Shown here: positions 1 through 12,500 of the stretch, piece by piece | Layout of the letters: each line of letters starts with the position of its first letter | Position numbering within the stretch: position 1 is the first letter of the stretch | From: Isurus oxyrinchus | Taxonomy: Eukaryota | Length of the DNA stretch: 64,000 bases | Assembly: GCA_026770705.1 (NCBI GenBank) | Contig: JANJGN010000048.1 | Coordinates: 1,674,001 to 1,738,000 of the forward strand | Direction of reading: 5' to 3' | Made by a program: the position numbers and the translations under genes | The notes under the pieces: generated by a model | The model's database searches: none | What the model was told of the DNA's origin: nothing | Seen by the model: the letters and a program-made list of their open reading frames with translations, nothing else

Positions 1-18
1 CCACTGAGCTACATCCCC
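1..18 (-). tRNA. tRNA-Ala 5' end (truncated by window edge)
   Basis: Reverse complement is GGGGATGTAGCTCAGTGG; paralogous to the copy at 23897-23968 at offset 23,950. Confidence 0.8.
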
Positions 19-196
19 ATGTCCCCAACAAGCCAAATGAATGTTTAGTTAAAGCTCATTTGACCTTTCAAGCCTGTTCTCTTGTTCGGTGACATCACTC
101 ACATACCAAAACCGCAACCATAAACAAGCAGAAATGCGCATGTATGGTTAATTGTCATTTCACCTTTCGTGGCAGTTCATTACCATTAAATCAAAT

Positions 197-1297
197 CACT
201 CCTTTCAGGTGAAGCAACGATTTACCTGTACCTTTTCCAATCACGAAGTGAGACAGTGGTAATGTGCTTGGACTAGTATTATTGACGTCTGGGCTCATCC
301 ACTGAGTACACGGGTTCAAATCGAAATTGCGAAAAACCCACCTGGTTCACTGACTTCCTTCAGGGAAGGAAATACTTCATTCTCTTCAGGCCTGGCCTAC
401 TTGTGACATTGCACACGTATGTAGGTGGTTGACTCTTAACTGCCGTCTGAAATGGGCCAGCAAGTCACTCAGTTTATGGGCAATTAGGGATGGGTAACAA
501 AGGCTGATTCTCCCAGTGACACCCGCATCCCGTAAAAGAACAAAGGAAATATAAAAGTAGTCCATTTCATTCGCTGCTGACAGTGTGGACTCCTCTACTT
601 TGGGTTAACTCAACACAGGCTGGGTGAGCACTTTGTAGAACATCTCTGCTCAGTCCACAAACATGGCCCCGCCCTGCTTTCTATTCCAGTCCAGCATCGT
701 GCTCTCATGCTCTCATTTCAGTCTTCGGCCTAATGCAACGTTCCAGTGAAGACCAACAAAGCTGTGGGAAAATAACCTCATCTTCCAGTTTGGCGTCTTC
801 CGGCCTTATGGACTCAAAACTGAAATCAGCATCTTCAGACCATGAACACTGTCCTCTGTTTATATTATTTTCCCGGTTTTCAATCTATACCTTCTCCTCA
901 TGTTGTGCTCTCAGACAGCATTAACTTTTATTCTCCTATTCCCACACACTGCTATTTTGGTTTCTGACAGCGCTGACCTTTAATCTGCTATTAACACCTG
1001 CTCTGGACCAATGCTTTGTACGTTTACTCATAACATTCCCCATCTCTTTCCCATTTGTTCCATCGCATCTTTGTAATTTAGTTTCCCCAGACATCTAATC
1101 AATCCATGACCCTCTTTTCCCTGTTCCACCTTCCCCCTCACCTTGTGACCAACAGCCGAAAACCCAGCAAATTACACCACTCCTCATTTCAGAAGAAACG
1201 TCATATTGGATGTTAAATTTTAACTCTATTTCTAACCGCACAGACACTGCTGGAGCTGCTGAGATTATTCCAGCACCTTTTTTTTTCTTTTTATTTC
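197..1297 (+). mobile_element. Decayed Penelope-like element 3' end (GIY-YIG endonuclease C-terminus plus terminal repeat), split by a SINE
   Basis: Conceptual translation across copies gives HSFQVKQRFTCT [SINE] LVHCIRC*QCGLLYFG.TQHRLGDHFVEHL...SHAHISVLGLMQC...LIFQFGVFQP.GLKTEFNIF, matching the Penelope-like VYCIRC...LYIGETKRRLGDRF...HLIFRLG.LQP.GLN.EF motifs. Frameshifts and stops present. Paralogs at ~5840-6912, 9882-11025, 11025-12135, 15657-16990, 19862-21180, 24147-25246, 29945-31015, 35217-36070, 39697-40845, 43787-44950, 48211-49352, 51442-51977, 53250-54140, 58916-59890, 61360-62527. Confidence 0.85.
243..552 (+). mobile_element. SINE (shark-type, LINE-derived 3' tail) nested in the Penelope fragment
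   Basis: Degenerate tRNA-like head (gtggtaatg...gggttcaaatc); body ggtgaccatgaaa...aaaacccatctggttcac...gtggttgactcttaactgccctctgaaa; tail gggcaattagggatggg...cacatcccatgaaagaa then A-rich. Paralogs at ~5886, 9927, 11041, 15703, 19905, 24193, 29990, 35265, 39740, 43830, 48252, 51486, 53295, 58961, 61404. Family name not assigned. Confidence 0.7.
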
Positions 1298-1943
1298 TGC
1301 CTTAAAGCGCTAGTTCTGTGAAAAGGCTCCACGTATCTGCCATTTCCCAGTTGTAAAGGTAATTGTGCATCGTTTACCCTTGTCACTGCCACGTATGAAG
1401 TCGCTGGTGAATTTGCAATGTCCTCTTTTCGATTGGGTATCAAAGGCTGTATCCCACTTAGAAAATTTCAAACATGAAGCTCGGGAAATGACGGGCAAAT
1501 ATTTTTCAGTCGGCAACACATTCAGAGACTTTGGAGAGGAGATGGAGATCGGAGATGGGAGCGGTGGCTTTCAGGTGCAGAACGTTCATTATCCCCACAT
1601 TCTTTAGTGAAGCGACATGACTAAACAGGTTTGAAATGGAGGATGGTACCTCAGGAGAGGACCTTGACCAATAATTACTGACCTGGGAGCCAGGGTAGGA
1701 ATTTGGGTGGTCAGCAATTTGGTGGGAACAGAGCCCAGATAACAGGAGGCGGGGCTTATGGACAGGATGAGTTTCTAAGTTCCCGGAACAGCTCAACAGC
1801 GCCCTCCCTGCAAAGTCACTGACAGCAACGCCTGCATTCCTCTTCTGGACTGCACATGTCCGCACGTCTCAGAACTAATAGACCTAAAGAAATGTTGGTG
1901 GACAGAGAAAGAGTGATAACAATTTAGCCCTTGGAAGCTGAAA

Positions 1944-2185
1944 TGAAAACAGAAAGAGCTGGAAAACTTGTCAGAACTGGCAGCAACAGTAGAGAGAGAA
2001 GCAGATGGTTTTCAGAGCCTTATATGCGTCTTCTTCTGAACAGTGGAGAGAGATAGGGGTGTGCTGGGCTCCATGCTGTTGAAAAAAAGGGCAGAAGGAC
2101 AGCTGAGACTAAGGAGATGACGGATGAGTCAGATAGCGGGGCAGATAGAACGAAAAAGTTGTCATTGAACAAAAGATAAAGAGAG
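1944..2185 (-). mobile_element. Penelope-like terminal repeat fragment inserted in L2 (opposite orientation to the upstream Penelope module)
   Basis: aaaacagaaagagctg.aaaact..tcagaactggcagca..agtggagagaga is the reverse complement of the tctctccacagatgctgccagacctgctgag.ttttccagca terminus seen at ~1230-1290 and in the young insert at 27028. Present in most units. Confidence 0.7.
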
Positions 2186-2635
2186 CCTTTCTTTTACATA
2201 GCCATAATCTATGCTGAAAAACACTAGCCTGCCTCCAAACTCACCCCCAACAGCAAGCGCGAGGAGCTGATGGCACTCTCTGTCATTGGGTTTGGGACTG
2301 TCCAATCAGCTGCCTCTGCCAGCGATCATATATTCTGCTATTTTTTTCTCCGACAGCGGCCACCTTTATTCTGCTGTTATCACCTACTCAGGGCTAATGC
2401 TTCCCGCCACAAAGCCACAAAGTATTCGCCCAGATTGCTGATAACAGCAGAATAAATGTGGGTGCTGTCTGAGAGCAAAATAGCAGAATGTGTTCGCACT
2501 GTAAGAGGCAGTTTATTGGACAATCCAAAGCCTAATGACAAAGAGGTCAATCAGCTCCTCGCACTTGTTGTTGGGGGTGAGTGTGTCAGCCGGCGAGGGT
2601 GTTTCAGAATAAAGTATGGATTAGTCAACGGAAGT
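2185..2635. repeat. Long imperfect inverted repeat (foldback), ~215-225-bp arms, ~16-nt loop
   Basis: Consensus left arm ...ctcacccccaacaacaagtgcgaggagctga...ttctgctgttatcacctactc...gaatgctt is complementary to right arm aagcattcg...gagtaggtgataacagcagaa...tcagctcctcgcacttgttgttgggggtgag... Confidence 0.92.
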
Positions 2636-4104
2636 GCTGGGCTATCTGTGTGTCCCACATGATCCTGGAATAGCAAATGGTTTCCTTCGATGAGGGAGAG
2701 ACCTTACATTGTTTCACGTGTTACAACACACCCTGACAGTGGACATCTCAGCCAGTGACTCACCATATCCTTTCAAGCCTGTCCCCCTTAGTGTTAAGCA
2801 GAGATGGGAGCTGTATTGGGGCAGTGGCTGGCCTGAGCAAAATAATGTTTTTCAGAGAGAGCAGGACATCAAAAAGGCCTAAGAGAGTGACTGCGAAACT
2901 AATTGGTAACTTTCAATTGAGAAAGAGGTTCAGGGAGGGGGTTGGCGAGGGGGGGTGGGGTGGTAAGAAGGCAACGAGTGCAGAGGAAAGAGTATCCGAG
3001 CAAGTAGAGATGCAGTCACGGGAGGTTAGTAGTCACACACTGCCGGTCAGAGGTAGAACAGCAGTGAAGATACATAGCTGCCTATATGTTGATGACAGCT
3101 TGGAGAGCGATGGCGAAGTGGATTTTGAATGAGAGGGAGGAACACAGTGAGGTTATCTAAGAAAGAGAAATTGCGAGAGAAGTGAAAAGACAGCTAAAAG
3201 GGCCATATAGTTATAAGTACCAGGCTAGCGCAATGGCAGGCTGGGCTGGGAGGTTGGGAGAGGCAGAAGTGGAGGCTTCAGTCACAGGTAAATTGCCAAC
3301 CACGTCCAGGTTTCCAATAAGTCCAAGGCCCCGATATAAGTGCCAACAATCTCGCTACGTTCACTCCGATCTCGATACAATCACCCTCGATCTTGATACA
3401 ATCACCCCTGATAGCATCATGAAAGTCGAAACCTCATCAACTCAGTCTAGAATTTCATGATTTTGAACGCCTCTATCAAAACGCCCTGTCAAAATTCCCT
3501 CCCGGAAGGGGAAAAGCCCGAGTCCCCGCACCGCCCCCTTGGAACTGAAGCACCTTGAAACGGAAGATGGTGCCTCAGGAGAGAACCTTGAACAATCGTG
3601 ACTGACCTGGGAGCCAGGATGGGAAGTGGGGTGGTCAGCAAGTTAGTGGGAACAGAGCCCAGGGAACAGGAGGAGGGGCTCGTGGACAGGATGAATTCCC
3701 CGGTTCCCTGAACAGCTCAACAGCGCCCTCCCTGGAAAGTCACTGACAGCAACTGCTGCGTCCCAATTTTGCAATGCACTTTTACATACGTCTCAGAATT
3801 AATAGACCTAAAGAAGTGTTGGTGGACAGAAAGAGGGTGATAACAATTTTCCTCTTGGAAGCTGAAAGGAAAACAGAAAGAGCTGAAAAACCCGTCAGAA
3901 CTGGCAACACCAGTGGAGAGAGAAGCAGGTGGTTTGCAGAGCCGAAAAGGGTCTTGTTCCGAACAGAGGAGAGAGATAGGGGTGTGATTGGCTCTGTGCT
4001 GTTGAAAAAAAGATCAGAAGGACAGCTGGGGCTAAGGAGGTGACGGATGAGTTAGATAGCAGGGAAGATTGAATGAAAAAGGTTTTATTGAACACAATAC
4101 ATAG

Positions 4105-4520
4105 AGAGCCTTCCATTTACAAAACCATATGCCATTCTGAAAGACTCTAGCCTACGTCCCAACTCACCCCCAACAACATGTGCGAGGAGCTGATGGAAAT
4201 ATCTGTCATTGGGTTTGGGATTGTCCAATGAGCTGCCTCTTGCAGCACTCCCACATTCTGCTATTTTTTCTCAGACAGCGGCCACCTTTATTCTGCTACA
4301 AAGCCACAAAGCATTCGCCCAGAGTAGGTGATAACAGCAGAATAAATTTGGCTGCTGTCTAAGAGCAAAATAGCGGATATTGTTCGCACTGGAAGAGGCA
4401 ACTTATTGGACAGTCCAAAGCGTAATGACAAAGAGTTCAATCAGCTCCTCGCAGTTGTTTAATGTGTCGGCCGGCGAGAGTCTTTCAACATAAGGTAGGG
4501 ATTAGTCAATGGAAGCCCGG
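4105..4520. repeat. Foldback copy with the inner part of the left arm deleted
   Basis: ttctgct joins directly to acaaagccac; the same lesion occurs at 28200-28615. Confidence 0.85.
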
Positions 4521-5610
4521 GGATATCTGCGATTCCCTGCATGGTCCTTAGAGTTAAGCAGAGATGGGAACTTAAGCGGGGCAGTGGCCGGCGTGAGGAA
4601 AGTCATGGTTTTAAGAGAGAGCAGGACATCGAAAATGGCACATCTAGCACAGTCACTGTGAAACTGAGTGGTAACTTTCCTACGTGAGAGGGATTCAGGG
4701 TGCAGGGTAATCGGGCAGCGAGAACAGAGGAGAGAGAATACGAGGAGTTGGAAATGCAGTAAGGGGAGGTGAGAAGTCACACATTGCCGTGGCAGAGGGA
4801 GAGCAGCAGTGAAGATATCTAGGTGCCAATGGTTTGATGGTAATTTGGTGAGGCCTGGCGAAGGGGGATTTTGGACGAGAGGACAGGAACGCAGTGAGAT
4901 TGCCGTAGAAGGAGAAAGGGCGAGACAAATGCAAGGAAGTGGTTGCAAGTGCCAGGCTAGCGCCATGACAGGCAGGGCAGTGTGGATAGGGCAGGGGGAA
5001 GTGGAGGCTTCATTCACAGCAAAGGTGCAATCCACCCAAGTCCAGGATTCCAATATTGCCAAGGCCCCGCTATAATCACCAAAAATCTCGATACAATCGC
5101 GCCCGCTCTCAATACAATCACCAACAATTTCCATACACCCACCCCGATCTCTATACAATCGCTCCCAATCTCGATACATTCAACACGACCTCGATACAGT
5201 CACCTCCAATCACACCCCTGGTTATAACCTCAGTTCAACCCATTCTGAAACCTTCCCCGCTTTCCTAAAGAATACTGCCTAGAAGGTGACACCATACTCT
5301 GGGTTAGTTACTTATCCAAGCACCGTGCAGCAGAGGACATGGGCTCAGCTCAACGAGTGCTTGATCTCTGGGTGTGGTGAGCCACACAATAAACTGTGAG
5401 TCCTCATGGTAACGGCAATGAAGAACAGCAGGTGCGGCATTGCTTCTGTCAACAGCTCTTTTGAAAGCAATTCCGAAAGAGCGCGTATCCTTCATTGAAT
5501 TTGGTTGTTGACCAAAGTTCACTTTCTGCACATATGCAGCGAGTTTGTCATGTCTGTGAGTACAACGGCACACTGTGGGCAAAAGGCACCACTGCAATCA
5601 AAAGGTGAAG

Positions 5611-5682
5611 TGGAGATGCCGTTGATTGAACCCGGGACCTCATACATGCAAAGCATACGCTCTACCACTGAGCTACATCCCC
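5611..5682 (-). pseudogene. tRNA-Ala(TGC), probably damaged
   Basis: GGGGATGTAGCTCAGTGGTAGAGCGTATGCTTTGCATGTATGAGGTCCCGGGTTCAATCAACGGCATCTCCA. CC>AA breaks two T-stem pairs and the B box; 3 differences from the intact paralog at 29706. Confidence 0.75.
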
Positions 5683-7794
5683 ACATACCGAGCAATGTGT
5701 GGTTAAAGCCCATTTGACCTTTCCAGCCGTTCTCCTGTTCAGTGAAATCACTCACATATCAAAACCACAAACAAGCACAAATGCCTATGTGTAGTTAAAG
5801 GTCACTTCACCCGTCGGGGCTGTTCTAACATTAAGTAAATCACTCCTTTCAGGTGAAGCAACGATTTACTTGTACCTTTTCCAATCACGAAGTGAGACAG
5901 CGGGAATGTGCTTGGATTAGTATTATTGAAGCCCAGGCTCATCCACTGGGACAAGGGTTCAAATCGAAATTGTTAAAACACATCTAGTTCACTGACTTCC
6001 TTCAGGGAAGGAAAACTTTCATCCTTAACAGACCTGTCATACTTGTAACTTTCCACACATAGGTATGTGGCTGACCCTTTACTGCCCTCTAAAATGTCCC
6101 AGCAAGTCACACAGTTCAAGGGCAATTAGGGATGGGTAACAAAGTCTGATCCTCCCAGTGACACCCACATTCCATGAAAGCACAACGGAAATAGAAAATT
6201 AGTCCATTGCATTCGCTGCTGACAGTGGGGGCACCTCCACTTTGGGAAGACTCAGCACAGGCTGAATGACCACTTTGTGGAAGATCTCTGCTCAGTCCAA
6301 AAACATGCTCCCACCCCTCCCCACCCCCCACCTTCCCCCCACCCCACGCCTCAAGGGTTGCTATTCCAGTTCCGCATCTTGCTCTCATGCTCACATTTCA
6401 GTCCTCAGCCTGAGGGAATGTTCCAGTGAAGCCCAACAAAGCTGTGGGAAAAGATCTTCATCTTCCAGTTTGGCCTCCCCCAACCTTATGGACTCAACAC
6501 TGAGCTCAACGTCTTCAGACCGTGAACTCTCTCTTCTATTTTGAAATATTGTCCACGATTGTCTGTCTGTATCTTGTTTTCATGTTTTGCTTTCACGCAG
6601 CGTTGACCTTTAATCTGCTATTAACACCTGCTCTGGACCAAATCTTTGTTCCTTTCCTACTGCCATTCTTTTATTCCGTGGCATCTTTGAAATTTAACCA
6701 GCACAGCCCTCTGACCAATTCATGCCCCTCTTTATCTGCACTATCTTGCCAACACCTTGTTCTAAACAGCTGAAAAAGCAGAACATTCTCCCTCTTTTCA
6801 GTTCCACTGAAGGGTCATATTGAAGGTGAAATTTTAACTCTGTTTCTCCCTCCGCTGATGCAGCCAGACCCGCTGAGCTTATCCAAAACTTTCTCTGTTA
6901 TTTTTATTTTTGCCGTTAAGTGTATGTTTTGTGAAGAAATACCAGGTAATTGCCACCTCCCAGTTATAAAGGTAATTGTTCAGAGTTTACCATTGTCACT
7001 GCGCGTGTGGAGTCGCTTGTGAATTTGTTGTGGTGTCTTTTCGATTGGCTGACAAGAGCTGCATCCCACATGGAGAATTTGAAGCATGGATCTCGGGAAA
7101 TGATGGGAAAAGGTTTTGAAGGCGGCAACGTATTCAGGATCTTTGGAGAGAAGAGGGAGTTTGGAGATGGGGGGGGGGGTGGCGTGTCGTTGCAGAGAGT
7201 TCATTATCTCTACACTTTTGAGAAGTGACAGGACTAAAAAGGTTTGAAACGGAGGATGTTGTCTCAGGAGAAGACCGTGAAAAATATGGACAAACCTGGG
7301 AGCCAGGATGGGAGGTTGGGTGGTCCGCAATTTGGTGGGAACAGGACCAAGGGAATAGGAGGCGGGGCTCATGGATAGGATGATTTCCCCCGTTCTTGGA
7401 GCAGTTCAACAGCGCCCTCCCTGGAGAGTCACTGACAGTAATTCCTGCATCTACCTTTTCGAATGCACGTGGACATACACTTCAGAACTAACTGGCCGAA
7501 AGAAGTGTTGCTGACCAGAAAGTGGGTGAAACAATTTAGCCCTTGGAAGCTGAAATGAAAACAGAAAGGGATGAAAAAATCGTCAGAACTGGCAGCAACA
7601 GGGGAGAGAGGAGCAGGTAGTTTTCAGAGCCGAATATGGGTCCTCAACCGAACAGAGGAGAGAGATAGTTGTGTGATGGGCTCTGCGCTGCTCACAAAAT
7701 GGCAGAAGGACTACTGGGGCTAAGGAGGTGATGGATGAGTTAGATAGCGGGGCAGATTGAATGAAAAAGTTGTCATTGAACAGAAGACAAAGAG

Positions 7795-8245
7795 AGCCTT
7801 CCTTTTAATCAACCATAACCTATTCTGAAACATTCTAGCCTGCGTCCAAACTCGCCTCCAACGAAATGTGCGAGGAGCTAATGGAACTATCTATCATTGG
7901 ATTTGCGACTGTCCAATAGGCTGCCTCTGCCAGCACTCGCACATTCTGCTATTTTTCTCTCAGACAACGGCCAAATTTATGCTGCTGTTATCACCTACTC
8001 GGGGCCAAAAGCTCCTGCTGCAAAGCCACAAAGCATTCGCTCAGAGTCGCTGATAACAGCAGAATAAATGTGGCTGCTTTCTGAGAGCAAAATAGCTGAA
8101 TGTGTTCGCACTGGAAGAGGCAGCTCATTGGACAGTCTAAAGCCGAATGACAAAGAGTTCAATCAGCTCCTTGCAATTGTTGTTGGGGGGTGTATGTTTA
8201 GGCCAGCGAGAGTGTTTCAGAATAAGGTATGGATAAGTGAATTGA
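7795..8245. repeat. Foldback copy, complete
   Basis: Both arms and the loop cctgctgcaaagccac are present. Confidence 0.9.
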
Positions 8246-8934
8246 AGCCCGGGGCTATCTGTGATTCCCTGCATGGTCCTTAGAGTTAAGCAGAGATGAG
8301 AGCTGCAACGGGGCAGAGGCTGGCTTGAGGAAAGTCATGGTTTTAAGAGAGAGCAGGACATCGGAATTGGCACGTCCAGGAGAGTGACTGCGAAACTGAT
8401 TGGTCACTTTCCATCGTGAGAGAGGTTCAGAGAGGAAGTTAAGCGGCCAGAGAGCACAGAGGAAAGAGAATACGACGAATTGGAGATACAGTAACAGGAG
8501 GCGAAAATTCGCACAGTGCCGTGGCAGAGGGAGAGCAGCAGTGAAGTTATCTAGGTGTCAATGCTTTAATGATGATTTCCCGAGGCCTGGCAAAGGGAGA
8601 TGAGAGTGCAGCAATGCAGTGAGAATGCCAAGGAAGGAGAAAGGGCGAGACAAATGCCAGGAAGCAACAAGGTGCGACATGGTTGCAAATGCCAGGCTAG
8701 CACTATGACAGGCTGGAATGGGTGGATGGAAGATTGAGAAGTGGAGGCTGCATTCACAGGGAAGGTGCATTCCACCCATGTTCAGGTTTCGAATCTGGCC
8801 AAGGCACTGATATAATTTCCCCAATCTCGATACTATCGCCCCTGATCTCGATGAAATCACCCCCAATCTCCAGATAATGACCGCAATCTCAATACAATCA
8901 CTTCTAGCAGGTTCAAGAATGTCAAATTCACACA

Positions 8935-9160
8935 AGATATCAAACACTGGGAATTGTTTCTCCCCAAAGACTCTGTCCAGACCTCTCATAATTTTGAACG
9001 CCTCTATCAAACCTCCTGTCAACATTCCTTCCGCGGAAATGAAGTTTCTTGTCTCTCAAGCACCCTTGATTATAACTTCAGGCAACCCATTCATAAACCT
9101 GCGCATCCTTCCTAAGGAGTGCAGCCTAGAATGTGGCACCATACTCAGGGTGAGTTACCA
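8935..9160 (-). mobile_element. CR1 LINE ORF2 3' fragment (unit component)
   Basis: Minus frames give GGLIEAFKIMRGLDRV.GEK.FP, cf. CR1 RGDLIEVFKIMRG.DRVD.EKLFP. Paralogs at ~3435, 5205, 14730, 18895, 23345, 27530, 29305, 34405, 38710, 42835, 47225, 50665, 52445, 56135, 57950, 60388. Confidence 0.8.
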
Positions 9161-9492
9161 ACTGTGCTGGATTGATTCACAAACTCCCTGGAATTGTGAA
9201 GCAGAGACATGGACTCTGCTGAACGACTTCTTGAACACGGAGTGTCATGAGTCAATAAGCACACAAAACACTGAAAGTGCAAATGTGTGGCTGCGGGCCC
9301 TCATGGTTGTCGCAATGACGAACCACAGATGCTGCTTTAATTTCGTCAACAGCTGTATTTTAAAGCCATTCCGAAAGATGGTGCACCCTTCATTGAATTC
9401 ATAATTAGGCAAATGATCGCTCTCGGTGCATATGGAGCTAGCTCATCATGTCTGTGTGCGTAAATGTGCATGGCTGCGTTCGAAGGAGGAAA

Positions 9493-9564
9493 TGGAGACG
9501 CCGAGAATTGAACCCAGGACCTCATACTTGGGAAACATGCGCTCTACCACTGAGTCACATGCGC
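9493..9564 (-). pseudogene. tRNA-Ala-derived pseudogene (anticodon position reads CCC)
   Basis: Aligns to tRNA-Ala; acceptor 5' strand GCGCATG gives two C-C mismatches, and the D and anticodon arms are altered. Confidence 0.85.
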
Positions 9565-12500
9565 GCCTGCGGGTCCCCTGACATAAAGAGGCACAAATGC
9601 ATACCTTCAACACCACTTTGTCCAATACTGTGCCATCTTTGGCACTCTGTTATTTGCCTCCAACTATCAACGACCCTCTATTCAGCTTTACCTGTCCCAC
9701 CGCCTCAACCAGCTTATACTTCACCTCATTTCTCTCTTTCCTCAGGTCTGAATATGTGTGATATGGACTCGAAACATGAACTGTATTCCTCTCCGCAGAT
9801 TATGTCAGACCAGCTGATGTTTTCCAGCTACTTTTGTTTGTGTTTAGTTACAGGCAATTTCACACTGCAATTAAGTAAAAACACTCCTTTCAGGTGAAGC
9901 AACTATTTCCTGCTTCCTCTTCCACTCATGAAATGTAACAGTTGTAATCTGGCTGTATTAGTTTGGTTCAGCCCCAGGTTCATCCACTGGGGACACGGAT
10001 TCAATTCGAAGTTTAGTTACCAAAATGTGGAATTGAAAACTCGTCTCCAAGTAACGGTGACCATGAAAATGCGATTGATTCATGTAAAAATGCATCTGCT
10101 TCACGAACAACCTTCAGTGAAGGAAAACCTTCATCGTTATCAGGCCTGCCCTATTGTGACTTTCCACACATAGGTATGTGGTTGACTCTTAAATGCCCTC
10201 TGAAAGGACCCATCAAGTCATACACTTCCAGGGCAATTTGGGACGGGAAACTAAAACATATCCTGCCTGTGAAGCCCACATCCCATGAAAGAACAAAGGA
10301 AAAATAAAATTAATTAATTGCATAAACTGCTGACACTGTGGACTCCTTTACTTTGGGATGACTCAACAGAGGCTGGGTGCCCACTTTGTAGAACATCTCT
10401 GCTCAGTCCACAAACATGGCTCCGCCCCAGTTTCTATTCCAGTCCAGCATCTTTCTCGCATGCTCACATTTCAGTCCTCGGCCTGATGCAATGTTCCACT
10501 GAAGCCCAACAAAGCTGTGGGAAAAGAACCTCATCTTACATTTTGGCGTCTTCCAGCCTTATGGACTCGAAACTAAATTCAACATCTTCAGACCATGAAC
10601 TCTGCCCTCTATTTGTATTAATTACCCGATTTTCAGTCAAAATCATTTACACATGTTTTCATTTCAGGGAGCAATGACCATTATTCTCCTATTACCACAT
10701 TCTGCTATTTAGCTTTCAGAGAGCGCTGAAATTTAATCTGCTATTAACACCTGCTCTGGACCAATGCTTTGTACCTTTACTCATGCCATCCCCCCTCTCT
10801 TTCCCATTTGTTTCATGTCATCATTGTAATTTAATGTCCCCAGCCCTCTAATCAATCCATGAACATTTTATTTCTCTTCCACCTTCCACCTCCCCTTGCT
10901 TCCAACAGCAGAAAACCCACCACATTCCACCACTCCTGATTTCAGAGGACGGTGAAATGTTAACCCTGTTTCTATCCGCACAGCTGCTGCGAGACCTGCT
11001 GAGAATTTGCCAGCAACTATTTTCTGGTTCCTCTTCCACTCACGAAGGGTAGCAGTTATTCAGTGGTAGTAGTAGTTTGGTACAGCCCCAGGCTCATCCA
11101 CTAGGGATACGGATTGAAGTCGAAATTTAGGTACAAATATGTGGAATTGAAAACTCGTCTCCAAGTGATGGTGACCATGGAATTGCCGTCGGTTGATGTT
11201 AAAACCCATCTGGTTCACGAACACCCTTCAGGGAAAGAAAACCTTCATCCTTGTCAGGCCTGTCCTACTTGTGACTTTCCACACATAGAAATGTGATTGT
11301 CTCTAACTGCCGTCTGAAAGCGCCCAGAAAGTCACTCCGCTCAAGGGCAATTAGGGACGAGCAACAAAGGCTGATCCTCCCAGTGACGCCCACACCCCAC
11401 GAAGGAACAAAGGAAATATAAAATTAGTCCATTGCATTCGCTGCCGACAGTGAGGACACCTCTACTTTGGGATGACTCAACACATGCTGGGTACCCACTT
11501 TGTAGAACATCTCTGCTCAGACCACAAACATTCCCCTGCCCCTGTTGCTTTTCCAGTCCAGCATCTTGCTCTCATGCTCACATTTCAGTCCTCGGCCTCA
11601 TGCAATGTTCCAGTAAAGTCCAACAAAACTGTGGGCAAAGAACCTCAATTTCCAATTTGGCATCTTCTGACCTTATGGATTCAAAACTGAATTCAACATC
11701 TTCAGCCCATGAACTCAGCCCTCTATTTGTATTATTTTCCCAGATTGTCAATCTATATCATGTTCTCATCTTTCGCTTTCAGGCAGCACCGACCTTTATT
11801 CTCCTATTATTATATTCTGCTATTTTGGTTCCTGACAGCGCTGACCTTTAATCGCATATTAATACCTGCTCTGGACCAATGCTTTGTACATTTTGTCATA
11901 CCATTCACCCTCTCATTCCCATTTATTTCATGGCATATTTGTAATTTAATGTCCCCAGACATCTAAGCAATCCATGTCCCTCTTTGTCCTGTTTCATCTT
12001 CCAACTCAACTTGGGCCTATGGCCTAAAACCGACAAAATACCTGATTTCACAATAAGCTCAAATGTTAACTCGGATTCTAATGGCACAAATGCTGCTAGA
12101 CCTGCTGAGATTTTTCCAGCACTTTTTTATTTCTGCCTCGAAGTGCCTGTTGTCTGATAAAGTTCCGTTTCTCAGTTATAAAGGTAATTGTGCATCATTT
12201 TTCCTTGTCACGGCCACTTATGAAGTCGCTGGTGAATGTGCAATGGCCTCGTTTCGAGTGGGTATCAAAGGCTGAATCCCACGTGGATAATTTCAAACAT
12301 GAAGCTCGGGAAATGACGCGCAAATGTTTTGAAATCGGCAACACATTTGGGGACATTGGAGAGGAGAGGGAGATTCGAGATGCGAGCAGTGTCTTTGTGG
12401 TGCAGGGAGATCATTATCTCTACATTTTTCAGTGAAGTGACATGACTAAACAGGTTTGGAAAGGAAGATGGTGCCTCAAGATTGTGCCTGAACAATAGTG

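Larger units (their letters stand above)
1320..3340 (-). mobile_element. Decayed L2-clade LINE ORF2 fragment (APE endonuclease to start of RT), interrupted
   Basis: Minus-strand translations across copies: ALLETWT.VD.TFPVNEAS (EN, cf. ALTETWL...LNEASP), LTPNNKCEEL, ELILSMSPASCSLGSVPTKLLTTQLPILAP and PISNLPLLSKVPECV (L2 RT N-terminus). Paralogs at ~3555-5075, 6940-8815, 12165-14630, 17015-18470, 21215-23225, 25270-27435, 27650-29170, 31040-34045, 36080-38085, 40875-42690, 44980-46875, 49380-50460, 54150-55965, 56960-57870, 62550-63660. Confidence 0.85.

Noticed and set aside
553-845. Active GIY-YIG (homing) endonuclease mobilising the unit
   Set aside because: Split by a SINE, with an in-frame stop (CIRC*) and frameshifts shared across copies, so it was dead before amplification.
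2185-2635. MITE or DNA transposon with long terminal inverted repeats
   Set aside because: The arms consist of Penelope and L2 sequence, the right arm is colinear with the flanking L2, and no TSD is seen; a local inverted duplication fits better.
4502-5179. 225-aa ORF (and its twin at 28597-29274) as a protein-coding gene
   Set aside because: Composed of minisatellite translation plus frameshifted L2 remnants; not open in other units, and the twin is explained by the recent duplication.
5683-9564. Whole unit as a single giant tRNA-headed SINE or composite retroposon
   Set aside because: Units are head-to-tail with no TSDs or tails; the tRNAs have their own T4 terminators and shared upstream flanks, which points to DNA-level tandem amplification.
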